The notes under the pieces: model-generated
What the model was told of the DNA's origin: nothing
The model's database searches: none
Seen by the model: the letters and a program-made list of their open reading frames with translations, nothing else
Translations under genes and position numbers: made by a program
Shown: one piece after another, positions 26,801 to 37,493 of the stretch
How the letters are laid out: each line of letters begins with the position of its first letter
Position numbering within the stretch: position 1 is the stretch's first letter
DNA from: Candidatus Kerfeldbacteria bacterium
GTDB lineage: Bacteria > Patescibacteriota > Patescibacteriia > UBA9570 > XYC2-FULL-38-9
Direction of reading: 5' to 3'
Length of the DNA: 64,000 nt
Assembly (NCBI GenBank): GCA_043813585.1
Contig: JBDRKW010000018.1
Span: 3,352-67,351, forward strand

Positions 26801-27967
26801 ATGTTGAGCAAACGAATCGGTTTGATCTCCCCGTCTGTCACGCTGGAGATAGACCGCAAAGCAAAGGAGATGATCGCCGCTGGGGAGGATGTGTCGAACT
26901 TCACTGTCGGGGAGCCGGATTTTGAGGTGCAGCAGCATATCCGCGACGCGGCCATCCAGGCAATCCGCGACAATTTTTCGCAGTATACCGCAACCGGCGG
27001 CATTGCAGAGCTGAAAGACGCGATCAGCGAAAAGCTCCGGGAGGAAAACAGCGTCGCAGCTGCCGCAGAAAACATCATCGTGACCAACGGCGGCAAAGAA
27101 GCGCTGTTTCTTTTTTTCCAGGCCGTACTGGACGAAGGCGACGAGGTGATTGTTCCAACGCCGTACTGGGTATCGTACGCAGAGCAGATCCGCTACGCAG
27201 GCGCAGTGCCGGTGATGCTCAAGTCTGACAGTCATTTTCATTTTACAGCCGACGACGTGGAGGCGCTGGTCAGCGACAAGACGAAAGTTCTCATTCTCAA
27301 TAGCCCGTCAAATCCGGCCGGAGCGGTTCTTGACCCTGAAGTTATTAAAGAAATTGCAGCGCTTGCGGCAGAAAGAGATTTTCTTGTGGTTTCTGATGAG
27401 GTCTATGAGCACTTTGTCTATGATGAGCGGGTGCAAGTCAGCATCGCATCGCTTGATGGCATGCCTGAACGCACCGTGGTCATTAATGGGTTCTCAAAAA
27501 CGTATGCGATGCCCGGCTGGCGCGTGGGCTATGCGGCTGGGCCGGAAGAGATCATAAAAGCTATGACAAAGCTGAAAGGACACCTGTCGTCAAACGCGTG
27601 CAGCATTGCGCAAAAAGCGGCAGTAGCGGCGCTCACCGGACCGCAGGATATCATCGAAGAGATGCGCGACGAATTCAGCAATCGGCGAGCGGTGGTTGTT
27701 GACGGCTTCAACAGCATTACAGGCTGCGAACTGCCGTCACCGGAGGGCGCATTCTACGCGTTTGTTAATTATGGAAAAGTAATGGAAGCAAAAGGCATTA
27801 AGGATTCGATTGAATTGTGCAACCGCCTGCTGGATGAGCAGAAGGTTGCGCTCGTTCCCGGCCAGGCGTTTGGCGATGAATACGCGACGTACGCCCGCAT
27901 GTCATTTGCCACCTCCACCAACACGATAGAAGAAGGGATCCGGCGTATCAGCAACTTTGCTGCATAA
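26801..27967 (+). CDS. aspartate aminotransferase (class I PLP enzyme)
   Basis: MLSKRIGLISPSVT N-terminus typical of AspAT. Start taken at the ATG directly after the pckA stop; the listed ORF begins 21 nt earlier. Confidence 0.8.
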   Translation: MLSKRIGLISPSVTLEIDRKAKEMIAAGEDVSNFTVGEPDFEVQQHIRDAAIQAIRDNFSQYTATGGIAELKDAISEKLREENSVAAAAENIIVTNGGKEALFLFFQAVLDEGDEVIVPTPYWVSYAEQIRYAGAVPVMLKSDSHFHFTADDVEALVSDKTKVLILNSPSNPAGAVLDPEVIKEIAALAAERDFLVVSDEVYEHFVYDERVQVSIASLDGMPERTVVINGFSKTYAMPGWRVGYAAGPEEIIKAMTKLKGHLSSNACSIAQKAAVAALTGPQDIIEEMRDEFSNRRAVVVDGFNSITGCELPSPEGAFYAFVNYGKVMEAKGIKDSIELCNRLLDEQKVALVPGQAFGDEYATYARMSFATSTNTIEEGIRRISNFAA

Positions 27968-27970
27968 CGA

Positions 27971-28597
27971 TTGCCCATGGTACCCATCTTCAACCGCCCT
28001 CACACTCGCTATGAAAAGCAGCTCCGCAACCAGGGGCACCAGGCGATTGTCGGTTTGGATGAGGTTGGACGCGGCGCATGGGCCGGGCCGCTCATGGCGT
28101 GCGCTGCTATTATGCCGGAGAAGCCGCGCCTGTACAGCGTGCGCGATTCAAAGATGCTGACGCCTAAAAAGCGCGAGGTGCTGGCAGAGCGCATCAAGGA
28201 ACGGGCGGTATGCTGGGCCATCGGTTCTGTGGAGCATGACGAGATTGATTCCATTGGAATCGTGCGCGCGAACGAACTGGCGATGCTGCGCGCAGTACAG
28301 CACCTGGACGTGGCACCCGACCATATATTAATCGACGCATTCAAGATTTCCGGCCTGCCGGTAGCGTACAGCGCAATCGCGCACGGGGATGCGCTGGTCT
28401 ATTCCATTGCCGCCGCATCAATTATCGCCAAAGTTGCCCGCGACGCACTCATGCAGAAGTATGCAGAACAGTTCCCCATGTACGGATTTGATTCAAATAA
28501 AGGGTACGGAACAGATGCTCACAAGAAGTCACTGGATGAATACGGCGTGTGTTCTATCCACCGCGTATCTTTTCATCCGATGAAGACGATGATATAA
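27971..28597 (+). CDS. rnhB: ribonuclease HII
   Basis: GLDEVGRGAWAGPL and DSK motifs; 208 aa. Confidence 0.85.
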   Translation: MPMVPIFNRPHTRYEKQLRNQGHQAIVGLDEVGRGAWAGPLMACAAIMPEKPRLYSVRDSKMLTPKKREVLAERIKERAVCWAIGSVEHDEIDSIGIVRANELAMLRAVQHLDVAPDHILIDAFKISGLPVAYSAIAHGDALVYSIAAASIIAKVARDALMQKYAEQFPMYGFDSNKGYGTDAHKKSLDEYGVCSIHRVSFHPMKTMI

Positions 28598-28605
28598 TCC
28601 AGCAT

Positions 28606-29178
28606 ATGCATACAGGAGAGGAATCGGCAATATTGGCATCAGAATCGGATGTGCTTGATCCGCGAAAGCTTTTAACGCACACCGGCCTCGGCCCGGGCAT
28701 GACCTGCGCCGATTTTGGCGTCGGGCGCGAAGGGTCGTTTATCCTGACCGCGGCAGATATGGTAACGGCCACAGGCCGCGTGTACGCGCTGGACGTCGTC
28801 AAGGAAATTCTGGAGGTGATTAACGGATTGGCTCAGGACGCGGGGCATGAAAATGTCTTAACAATCTGGACCGATCTGGAGCTGTATGGCGCGGCAAAAG
28901 ACATTGCCGACGGCTTTATCGACGTCGGTCTCCTGGTGAACACCCTCTTCCAGTCTGAACAGAAGGAAGATATGTTCCGTGAATGCATCCGGATGATGCG
29001 TCCGGGAGGCAAGCTGTTAGTTGTCGACTGGAAGCCGGTCAATACGGCATTCGGCCCGCCAAAAGACAAGCGCGTTGATCCGCAGGAAATCAAGACGCTG
29101 GCCACCGGCCTGGGGCTGCAGCTGATTGAAGAGTTTGAGGCAGGCGAGTACCATTGGGGCCAGCTCTACCAGCGATAG
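28606..29178 (+). CDS. class I SAM-dependent methyltransferase
   Basis: CADFGVGREG (motif I) and MMRPGGKLLVVDW (post-I). Start at internal ATG (MHTGEES) to avoid a 49-nt overlap with rnhB. Confidence 0.55.
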   Translation: MHTGEESAILASESDVLDPRKLLTHTGLGPGMTCADFGVGREGSFILTAADMVTATGRVYALDVVKEILEVINGLAQDAGHENVLTIWTDLELYGAAKDIADGFIDVGLLVNTLFQSEQKEDMFRECIRMMRPGGKLLVVDWKPVNTAFGPPKDKRVDPQEIKTLATGLGLQLIEEFEAGEYHWGQLYQR

Positions 29179-29202
29179 GCTGCATTGGGGCCTAAGGCCT
29201 GA

Positions 29203-29236
29203 GGAAGTGAAGTATCCACCCGAAAGTGGATTTTTT
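29203..29236 (+). terminator. hairpin terminator
   Basis: ATCCAC-CCGAAA-GTGGAT followed by TTTTTT. Confidence 0.5.
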
Positions 29237-29242
29237 ATTACG

Positions 29243-29636
29243 CATGACAACATATAGAACACAAATCGGGAAACAAGGAGAAGGAATTGCCGCTGCATAT
29301 CTGCAGCAGCAGGGGTTTACGATTTGCGCGCGCAATATATACACGCGATGGGGGGAGATCGACATTCTCGCAACAAAAGGGACCGACCTTCATATCATAG
29401 AGGTGAAAACCAGGACCGGCATGAAGTTTGGCGGGGCTGTTTGTGCGCTAACTTATAAGAAATTCATCAGGATGAAACGCACCTTCAGCGCGGCCCTGCA
29501 GGCAGGCGAACAGGCAGTATGCAATGCCAAAAAATCCACAAGAAATACGCATTTTTCCTTCATTGCAGTCACGATTCAGGGGGAAAATGAGACAATTACG
29601 CCATATTGGGATATCTCCTTGCAGGACTTTGGATAA
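29243..29636 (+). CDS. yraN: YraN-family (UPF0102) endonuclease
   Basis: GEGIAAAYLQQQGF...GEIDILA...IEVKTR. Conserved rnhB-yraN neighbourhood. Start at the ATG after the terminator hairpin. Confidence 0.65.
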
Positions 29637-29653
29637 ACAGGTGAAATCTCCAC

Positions 29654-29682
29654 TTGCCACCTCACAATGAATCCCGTACAAT
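29654..29682 (+). promoter_or_regulatory. promoter TTGCCA -17- TACAAT with about 200-nt structured leader
   Basis: Consensus-like hexamers. Leader 29689-29887 holds GAGGCGTCC...GGACGCCTC and CCGTCGG/CGACGG hairpins ahead of the surface-protein gene. Confidence 0.4.
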
Positions 29683-29887
29683 ATGCGAGCCGTTCTTTTA
29701 CAATCGTTTTATTACCAAACTCGGTAGGGGGAGGCGTCCCCTTTTTGATTTGTAAAAGGACGCCTCGTTCCGTCGGACTGATCCGATTTAAGGGCGCTTT
29801 CGCGCGTTTGATAACGACGACGGCGGACGGGCAGATTATCTTATTAATTTGTTCCTCCATCACTTGATGCGAGGTTATAAAACCACT

Positions 29888-31087
29888 ATGAAGAAGGCAC
29901 TATTATGTGTGATTAGTGTCATTGTTGTCTTTCTTGTCGGCGTCTCAAGCGTGAGCGCCGCAGGACTTCCTGCTCCAACGCTGTTTGCGCCGGAGCACGG
30001 ATCATTTACCACAAGTTCACTGCCAGTCATCACGGGGGTCGCCCCGGCTGGCATGCGAATTGCCGTTTATATCGATGACACCTTTAACGGCTACGCAACG
30101 ACAGTCAGTGAAGCGAACGGTACGCAAAGCTTTGCGTATACCCCGTTCCTCGCACTGAACCCGGGAACCCACTATCTCAAAGCGCGCACTGAAAATGTTG
30201 AAACAGGCGTGCGAAGCGACGTGTGCGACACTCAAATGTTCACGATCGAATACCACATCCCGGCCCCGACCATTCTGGATACGGTCATCAATGAGGAATC
30301 CTCTTGGGACCAGCCATGGATCGTCGGCCTTGCCACGAGCGGAGCTGAAGTAGTCGTCTGGATTGACGGCAAACTCGACGGAACGGTAAAAGCCACAACA
30401 GATGCATCAGGCGTAGGGAACTTTGCCTACAAACCCTCGTTTAAACTGACAAGCGGTTCGCACGCTTTTACGGCGATCGCCCAGGCAAAACGCGGAAACG
30501 GTACGCTGAAGTCCAGCCTGACATCGGATGCATTCACGACAAGCGTATATGACCCGAGCCTCTATGTTGCGCAGACCGTTACTGAAGTTGAGCAAACAGA
30601 GGAAGCCCAGCCCGAAGAACAGGCAGAAGAGAGCCAGGAAGCTAACCAGGAAGAAGAGCCGAAGACCAACGAAGAGGTAGAAGCTGAAGTGGAAGAAGCC
30701 CTCGGCGATACCGGCACTCTGGAAGAGGAGGAGATCTCTGACGAAGAGTCCGGCGGCGAAGAGGCTTCGGAAGAAGAGGCCATGTCATCTGAAGAAGGCG
30801 GCAGCGAAGGCGAAGGCAGCGAAGGCGAAGGAGGAGAGGCCGCAGGCGAGGAAGAAAATAACACGCTGACATTCCTCGGCTGGCTGACACTGCTCGTCGT
30901 TGCAGTCATCGTTGTCACTCGCATCCGGAAACGGCGCGATAACGCGGGCTCGGGCCCGTCGTTCACGCCCGGATCAGGAGACAGCGGCGATACATCAGAC
31001 GACGGACAGCAGCAGCTGGAACTGAAAGGATCTGACGAGAATAAAAACATCGAAGTTATCAAGAAAGGACCAAAAGACAACAACTAA
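29888..31087 (+). CDS. cell-surface protein: signal peptide, two Ig-like (Big) domains, acidic E/S-rich linker, C-terminal TM anchor
   Basis: MKKALLCVISVIVVFLVGVSSVSA signal peptide. Repeated beta-sandwich segments. Low-complexity EEEAxSEEGG stretch. TM helix LTFLGWLTLLVVAVIVVT then RIRKRR. Confidence 0.55.
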   Translation: MKKALLCVISVIVVFLVGVSSVSAAGLPAPTLFAPEHGSFTTSSLPVITGVAPAGMRIAVYIDDTFNGYATTVSEANGTQSFAYTPFLALNPGTHYLKARTENVETGVRSDVCDTQMFTIEYHIPAPTILDTVINEESSWDQPWIVGLATSGAEVVVWIDGKLDGTVKATTDASGVGNFAYKPSFKLTSGSHAFTAIAQAKRGNGTLKSSLTSDAFTTSVYDPSLYVAQTVTEVEQTEEAQPEEQAEESQEANQEEEPKTNEEVEAEVEEALGDTGTLEEEEISDEESGGEEASEEEAMSSEEGGSEGEGSEGEGGEAAGEEENNTLTFLGWLTLLVVAVIVVTRIRKRRDNAGSGPSFTPGSGDSGDTSDDGQQQLELKGSDENKNIEVIKKGPKDNN

Positions 31088-31140
31088 TCACACGCACAAC
31101 AAAACAATAAACCGCCCGTAAATGGGCGGTTTTTGTCATA

Positions 31141-31168
31141 TTGACAGATTGCGCACGCGAGTTATACT
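31141..31168 (+). promoter_or_regulatory. promoter TTGACA -16- TATACT for nusA
   Basis: About 55 nt upstream of nusA ATG. Confidence 0.5.
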
Positions 31169-31225
31169 TCAATTGCTAGTATCTTATTGATGCTAGTTTT
31201 TTAATGCCTAATAAAATAATGACAT

Positions 31226-32521
31226 ATGGCAAAAAGCGAATTAAATCTCGCGATTGAGCAGCTCTGCGACGAGAAGAACATCCCGTACGAGTCTGTGATC
31301 GAATCGATCGAAGCGGCGTTGGCCGTCGCATACCGGAAGGAAAGCGGCAACAAGATGCTGAACGTTCGCGTTGAGTTCAATACTGACGATGGGACGAGCC
31401 GGTTTTTTGACGTGAAGACGGTTACTGAAGATCCGCCGGAAGAAGAGCTGGAAGAGCTCGAGAAGAAAGCGGAAGCGGAAAAGAATGAAGAAGAGAAAGG
31501 CAGACGAAGAGACGACAAGAAGGAAGGCAAAGACGAGGAAGAAGAGAAGCGGTTCAACCCGCGTACTGACGTTGGCATTACAGATGCGCTTCAGATTAAG
31601 GAAGACGCCGAAATCGGCGATGAGATTATTTCAGAACTGCCGACGCCCGAAGACTTTGGCCGCGTTGCGGCGCAGACCGCTAAGCAGGTGATTATCCAAA
31701 AACTGCGCGAAGCGGAGCGCGAAACACTATTCAACCAGTACAAGGACCGCGTTGGCGAAATCGTGAACGCCACCGTACACCGCGTGGAAGGCCGCATGGT
31801 CTATATGGACCTTGGCCAGGCAACGGCGCTGATGCCGCCTCCGGAACAATCGCCGAATGAACGGTATAATATCGGCGACCGGTATAAGGTATTCCTGCGC
31901 TCTGTTGAACAGGGACGCCGTGGCCCGGAGATTATCGCGTCGCGCACTGCATCAGAGATGGTTGAAGAATTATTTAAGATGGAAGTGCCGGAGATCAGCT
32001 CAGGTTCTATTGAGGTAAAGGCAGTTGCCCGCGAAGCAGGCTCCCGTTCGAAGATTGCGGTTATCAGCCTGGTAGACAACATCGATCCGATCGGGTCCTG
32101 TGTTGGCCAGCGAGGCGCGCGCGTGCAGACAGTAATGAGCGAGCTCGGCGGCGAGAAGATCGACATCATTGAATGGGACGACGACGCCGTGAAGTTCATC
32201 GTGAACTCACTGTCACCCGCTAAGGTCATCTCTGTGAAGCTTGATGAAAAAGAAAAAATTGCAAAGGCATATGTTGTAGAAGACCAGCTGTCGCTTGCAA
32301 TCGGCAAAGGCGGCCAGAACGTGCGGCTTGCAGCCAAGCTATCCGGCTGGAAGATTGATATAGTAAAGGATGAAAGCGGTGCGTCAGAAGAAAGCGGAGA
32401 AGCTGAAGACAAAGAAGAAGCTCCAAAAGAAGCGAAGAAAAAAGACGATAAGAAAGAAGAAAAGCCAAAAGCAAAGAAAGAGGACGATAAAAAAGACAAG
32501 GACAAGAAAGAAGATAAATAA
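31226..32521 (+). CDS. nusA: transcription termination/antitermination factor NusA with K/E-rich C-terminal tail
   Basis: S1 and KH domains ([33 protein letters not shown]). Stands alone, not next to infB. Confidence 0.9.
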   Translation: MAKSELNLAIEQLCDEKNIPYESVIESIEAALAVAYRKESGNKMLNVRVEFNTDDGTSRFFDVKTVTEDPPEEELEELEKKAEAEKNEEEKGRRRDDKKEGKDEEEEKRFNPRTDVGITDALQIKEDAEIGDEIISELPTPEDFGRVAAQTAKQVIIQKLREAERETLFNQYKDRVGEIVNATVHRVEGRMVYMDLGQATALMPPPEQSPNERYNIGDRYKVFLRSVEQGRRGPEIIASRTASEMVEELFKMEVPEISSGSIEVKAVAREAGSRSKIAVISLVDNIDPIGSCVGQRGARVQTVMSELGGEKIDIIEWDDDAVKFIVNSLSPAKVISVKLDEKEKIAKAYVVEDQLSLAIGKGGQNVRLAAKLSGWKIDIVKDESGASEESGEAEDKEEAPKEAKKKDDKKEEKPKAKKEDDKKDKDKKEDK

Positions 32522-32541
32522 GACGTAACACTACAGAACGT

Positions 32542-34536
32542 ATGAACACGTTTATCATTTTTGCCCTGATCAGCGCGGCCGTAGCCATCGTGTACGGCAT
32601 CATCCTTGCGCGTTCGGTGCTTAAGAAAGATGCAGGATCTGAAAAGATGCAGGAGATTGCAAGCGCAATCCAAACAGGCGCAAAAGCCTACCTTAACCGG
32701 CAATACCGAACCATCGCGATTATCGGTGTGTTGATATTCGGCCTGTTATGGCTGGTTCTTGACCTGTCGACGGCCCTCGGTTTTGCAACCGGTGCAGTAT
32801 TATCCGGACTTGCCGGATATATCGGCATGACTGTTTCTGTTCGCGCTAACGTGCGTACGGCAGAGGCTGCAAAAGGCGGCATCCGCAAAGCAATGGCTGT
32901 TGCCGTCAACGGCGGCGCAGTTACCGGATTGCTCGTTGTTGGCCTGGCGCTTCTGGGCGTTGCAGGATTCTATGCATTGTCCGGAGACGTGAAAGCATTA
33001 ATCGGCCTCGGATTCGGAGGCAGCCTTATTTCGGTCTTTGCCCGTCTTGGCGGCGGTATCTTTACCAAAGCTGCAGATGTTGGCGCAGACCTTGTTGGAA
33101 AAGTAGAAGCGGGAATCCCGGAAGACGACCCTCGCAACCCGGCTGTGATCGCCGATAACGTAGGTGATAACGTGGGAGACTGCGCGGGAATGGCTGCGGA
33201 CCTGTTTGAAACCTACGCGGTGACCTCGGTTGCGGCAATGCTCCTGGGCTCGCTCGCGTTTCAAGGCTTTGAAAACGCCCTCTTCTATCCTTTGGTGCTT
33301 GGCGGCGTGGCTATTCTTACATCCATTGTCGGAAGCTGGTTCATCCGCCTCGGCAAGAACGAAAATATCATGAACGCGCTGTACAAAGGCATGGCTGTTG
33401 CCGGCGTGCTTGCGGCCGTCCTGTTCTACCCGGTCACCAAGTGGCTGATGGCAGACAACGGCGAGTACACCGTTGCTGAATTATATGTTGCCGCGCTTGT
33501 TGGACTTGTTGTTACCGCAGCGCTCGTTATCATCACGGAATATTACACCTCAACAAAATACGACCCGGTTCGCTCAATTGCAGAGGCATCCAAGGCGGGC
33601 CATGCCACAAACATCATTCAGGGTCTTGCCGTTTCACTAAAGTCGACCGCCCTGCCCGTGATCGTTATTGTTGCCGGCATCCTGGTTGCGCATGACTTTG
33701 CGGGCCTCTACGGAATTGCTGTTGCTGCCATGTCCATGCTCTCAATGGCGGGCATCATCGTCACTATCGACGCGTACGGCCCTATTACAGACAACGCCGG
33801 CGGAATCGCAGAAATGGCTGAACTGCCGGAAGAGGTGCGCAACGTTACTGACCCCCTCGACGCTGTTGGCAATACCACAAAAGCAGTTACAAAAGGATAT
33901 GCGATCGGCTCTGCCGCTTTGGCAGCGTTGGTGCTGTTTGCGGCATACACGCAGGAATTTGCCGACCTCGGTAAAACCCTCACCTTTATGCTTGAAGATC
34001 CGAAAGTAATTGTGGGCCTGTTCATCGGCGGCCTGCTGCCGTATTACTTCAGCGCGCTGTCCATGGAAGCGGTCGGGAAGACTGCAGGCAAGGTGGTGGA
34101 AGAAGTGCGCCGCCAGTTCAAAGAAAAAAAAGGCATCATGGACGGCACGGAAAAGCCGGACTATGCCCGCACCGTTGATATTGTTACCAAGGCAGCGATC
34201 AAGCAGATGATCATTCCTGCCCTTATCCCCATTGTCGTGCCTATCTTGGTTGGCTTCCTGCTTGGACCGGTCGCGCTCGGCGGCCTGCTGGTCGGAAGCA
34301 TCGTCACCGGCTTGTTCATGGCAATCTCCATGACTTCCGGCGGAGGCGCATGGGACAATGCGAAAAAATACATTGAAGACGGCCATCTCGGCGGCAAGGG
34401 CTCTGATGCCCACAAAGCTGCTGTAACCGGTGATACCGTCGGTGATCCGTATAAGGACACCGCAGGACCTGCAATCAACCCGATGATCAAGATACTGAAC
34501 ATCGTCGCGCTCTTACTCGTAGTATTCCTCGTATAA
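32542..34536 (+). CDS. hppA: membrane-bound proton/sodium-translocating pyrophosphatase
   Basis: [42 protein letters not shown] motifs; 664 aa with 15 or more TM helices. Confidence 0.9.
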   Translation: MNTFIIFALISAAVAIVYGIILARSVLKKDAGSEKMQEIASAIQTGAKAYLNRQYRTIAIIGVLIFGLLWLVLDLSTALGFATGAVLSGLAGYIGMTVSVRANVRTAEAAKGGIRKAMAVAVNGGAVTGLLVVGLALLGVAGFYALSGDVKALIGLGFGGSLISVFARLGGGIFTKAADVGADLVGKVEAGIPEDDPRNPAVIADNVGDNVGDCAGMAADLFETYAVTSVAAMLLGSLAFQGFENALFYPLVLGGVAILTSIVGSWFIRLGKNENIMNALYKGMAVAGVLAAVLFYPVTKWLMADNGEYTVAELYVAALVGLVVTAALVIITEYYTSTKYDPVRSIAEASKAGHATNIIQGLAVSLKSTALPVIVIVAGILVAHDFAGLYGIAVAAMSMLSMAGIIVTIDAYGPITDNAGGIAEMAELPEEVRNVTDPLDAVGNTTKAVTKGYAIGSAALAALVLFAAYTQEFADLGKTLTFMLEDPKVIVGLFIGGLLPYYFSALSMEAVGKTAGKVVEEVRRQFKEKKGIMDGTEKPDYARTVDIVTKAAIKQMIIPALIPIVVPILVGFLLGPVALGGLLVGSIVTGLFMAISMTSGGGAWDNAKKYIEDGHLGGKGSDAHKAAVTGDTVGDPYKDTAGPAINPMIKILNIVALLLVVFLV

Positions 34537-35853
34537 ATGAAAGTTACCGTCAATAAAAAGGAAAAAGCCGAGGTCGAACTGACCATCGAAGTTCCTATTG
34601 AGGAAGTGAAGCCGCATGTTGAAGAGGCGGCAAAAAGGATCTCCAAAGAGGTGGAGATCAAGGGCTTCCGCAAAGGGAAGGTCCCGTATGACGTGCTGGC
34701 AAAGCATGTTGGCGAGGCCACGATTTATGAAGAGGCATTTAATGCGGTTGTTGAAGCAACCTATCCGAAAGCGCTCGAGCAGGAAAAGATCGACGTGATC
34801 GGGCGTGCGAATATAGACACGGAAAAAGTCGCGCCGGGCAATCCAATCGTATACAAAGCAACAGCGCCGCTGATGCCGACGATCACGCTTGGCGACTACA
34901 AAGGCATCAAAGCAAAGAAGAAGATCGAGAAGCTCGATGAAAAGAAGTTCGAAAAGACTCTCGACGACCTGCGCCGCATGCGTTCCAAGGAAAAGCTCGT
35001 GAACCGCGAGGCAAAGGACGGCGACAAGATCCTGATGGACTTTGACGTCAAGATCGATAACGTGCCGATTGAAGGCGGCCAGGGCACCAATTCGGAGCTC
35101 GTGCTCGGCAGCGGCCAGTTCATCCCCGGTTTTGAAGAAAACATCGTCGGGATGAAGAAGGGCGAGAAAAAAACCTTTGAAGCAACCTTTCCGAAGGACT
35201 ACCACAAGAAGGACATAGCTGGAAAGAAAGCCGAAGTGGACGTGACCCTGCACGAAGTCTACGAAATCGAACTGCCGGAGATCACAGACGAATTTGCAAA
35301 GGAGATAAACTTTGCTTCTGCCGAGGATCTAAAAAAAGAGCTGCGCTCCAATCTTACGCGCGAGCTGGAACAGCAGGCGCAGGAACTGTTTGAGGTGTCT
35401 GCCATTAAGGAAATCGTGGAGAAATCGCAAATCCAGAAATTGTCTGACTCGCTTCTGGACGACGAAGCCAACAAGATGCTGCACGAAGCAAAGCACGAGA
35501 TCATGCAGCAGGGCATGAAGTTCGAGGACTACCTCCAGCACATTAAGAAGACCGAGGAAGAGGTACTGAAGGATATGCATAGCCGCGCGAACGACCGCCT
35601 GCAGGCGGCGTTGGTGATGCGCGAGCTCGCTGTTGCCGAAGATATCAAGGTGGCGGCCTCAGAGGTGGACAAGGAGCTGGAAGAGATGAAGAAGCTCTAC
35701 GAAAAGATGCCGGAGATGACGCAGGAAGTGGACACGCCGCAGCAGCGCCAGCGGCTTGAAAGCATTATCTTCCATAAGAAGGTGTTTGAACGGCTTGCGG
35801 ATTACACCGAAGGCAGGAAGCCGGCCACAGCAGAAAAAAAGAAAGCTGAATAA
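34537..35853 (+). CDS. tig: trigger factor
   Basis: N-terminal ribosome-binding GFRKGKVP motif and FKBP-type PPIase region; 438 aa. Confidence 0.85.
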   Translation: MKVTVNKKEKAEVELTIEVPIEEVKPHVEEAAKRISKEVEIKGFRKGKVPYDVLAKHVGEATIYEEAFNAVVEATYPKALEQEKIDVIGRANIDTEKVAPGNPIVYKATAPLMPTITLGDYKGIKAKKKIEKLDEKKFEKTLDDLRRMRSKEKLVNREAKDGDKILMDFDVKIDNVPIEGGQGTNSELVLGSGQFIPGFEENIVGMKKGEKKTFEATFPKDYHKKDIAGKKAEVDVTLHEVYEIELPEITDEFAKEINFASAEDLKKELRSNLTRELEQQAQELFEVSAIKEIVEKSQIQKLSDSLLDDEANKMLHEAKHEIMQQGMKFEDYLQHIKKTEEEVLKDMHSRANDRLQAALVMRELAVAEDIKVAASEVDKELEEMKKLYEKMPEMTQEVDTPQQRQRLESIIFHKKVFERLADYTEGRKPATAEKKKAE

Positions 35854-35962
35854 TAATTTCAAGCGACGTATAAAGGCGGCTCCATACAACAGGGCCGCTT
35901 TTTGAGTAAAAAAAGAAGATCATTTCAGGCTCCTCGTCCTGATATATCTTCTTCCTCTGTGG

Positions 35963-36556
35963 TCAAGGGCCCGCGGTCTCCAGGCTGATCTGGCGGATGA
36001 GCATGAACGCATCACGCTCGCGCCACCTCTGCTCGATGAGCAGGAATGGGTTCGGGTTCGGCAGAACCACGAGCCATAACTGGTACACGCCGGGCTCTGC
36101 ATTGTGCATGTAGAAATGCCAGTCGTCGGCAAACCCTTCGACGATTTCGATTGGGTTGCCCTCTCCATCAGCGACGACCAGGTAGAGCGTGTCCTCTTCA
36201 GTGCAGTTCGTGCAGATCAAACCAAGCCCCACATGAACATAGCCTTCTTCCGGGCAGTCGAAAAACCCGGCAGCCTGCGCATCCCGCGTGCAGACAAGCT
36301 CTTCAAGAAAGTCAAAGTCCGGGAGCCCGAACTCCTCCCTGAACGCCAGCAGCGACTCGACCTCTTCCACAGAGATCGGAGCATCAGCCTCGTCACAGGC
36401 CTCCTGCTCGACTATCCAGGCCGACGCCTGGGCCGTGTCAGCGGCTGCTTCATTGTTCCGTTCGTCGGCAGCAGTCCGCAGCGCTTGTCGCGAAGCGGTA
36501 CAGCCGAAGAGCGAGACGATGATAGCAATCATTATAGGTACATGGCTTCGCAACAT
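35963..36556 (-). CDS. putative lipoprotein
   Basis: AAGGGGAGGA RBS; lipobox-like SLFGC after the signal sequence. Confidence 0.45.
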   Translation of the reverse strand: MLRSHVPIMIAIIVSLFGCTASRQALRTAADERNNEAAADTAQASAWIVEQEACDEADAPISVEEVESLLAFREEFGLPDFDFLEELVCTRDAQAAGFFDCPEEGYVHVGLGLICTNCTEEDTLYLVVADGEGNPIEIVEGFADDWHFYMHNAEPGVYQLWLVVLPNPNPFLLIEQRWRERDAFMLIRQISLETAGP

Positions 36557-36650
36557 CTTATCCTCCCCTTGTTGAAAATCACCATCACGGCGCTGATAGT
36601 ATCGTGAACGATTCTATCTGTCAATTTGAAAATAATGTTATAATACAGGC

Positions 36651-37493
36651 ATGCAAAAGCTAGGAACACACGTCTCTGCAGCCGGCGGTATCAGTAATGC
36701 GCCGGTAAACGCAAAGGAAGAAGGATGCGAGACTTTCCAATTTTTCATGCATCCGCCGCAACAATACAAATTCCCGGCGCTGCCGGACAACGAGGTGTCG
36801 GCATTCCTGAAAAACTGCAAGAAGTTTGGCTTCACCGACTATTTCGTACACGCGTCGTATCTTATAAACCTCGCTTCACCAAACAACCGAATCCGCTATG
36901 GAGCGATTAATTTGCTCAAGAAAGCATTGATAGAAGGAAGCAAAGTGAAGGTCAGCGGCGTGATGTTCCATGCCGGAACAGCGACCGGCCAGCCAAACCG
37001 TCCGGCGGCAATCCGAAAAGCCATCGAGTCGATCAACAAAATTCTAGACGGCTACACCGGCCATACGAAACTGCTCATAGAAAACGCAGCCGGCGCGGGC
37101 GCAACATTAGGCCGGTCATTCAAGGAAGTCGGCCGGATGATGCGGGGCGTAAAGAACCAGGCAAAGATCAGCGTATGCATGGATACGCAGCATTCATTTG
37201 CGTCGGGATATGACTGGACCACAACAGCCGGAACAAACAAGGCGCTGGCAGAATTATCAAAAGAGGTCGGCATGCGCAAGCTCGCTGTCATTCATGCAAA
37301 CGATTCCAAAGCCGACTGCGGCTCGAACAAGGACCGGCACGAGCATATTGGCAAAGGCAAAATCGGGAAAGAGGGATTTGCCCGCCTACTCCATCATCCC
37401 AAGCTGCAAAACAAACCATTCATATTAGAAACACCGCGCGACGGAAGAAAAGCTGACTTAAAAGCATTAAGAACAATTCAAAAAGCGAAATGA
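36651..37493 (+). CDS. nfo: endonuclease IV (AP endonuclease)
   Basis: Xylose-isomerase-like TIM barrel; HASYLINL and HIGKG motifs. TGTTATAAT -10 box only 6 nt before the ATG, so probably leaderless. Confidence 0.8.
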   Translation: MQKLGTHVSAAGGISNAPVNAKEEGCETFQFFMHPPQQYKFPALPDNEVSAFLKNCKKFGFTDYFVHASYLINLASPNNRIRYGAINLLKKALIEGSKVKVSGVMFHAGTATGQPNRPAAIRKAIESINKILDGYTGHTKLLIENAAGAGATLGRSFKEVGRMMRGVKNQAKISVCMDTQHSFASGYDWTTTAGTNKALAELSKEVGMRKLAVIHANDSKADCGSNKDRHEHIGKGKIGKEGFARLLHHPKLQNKPFILETPRDGRKADLKALRTIQKAK

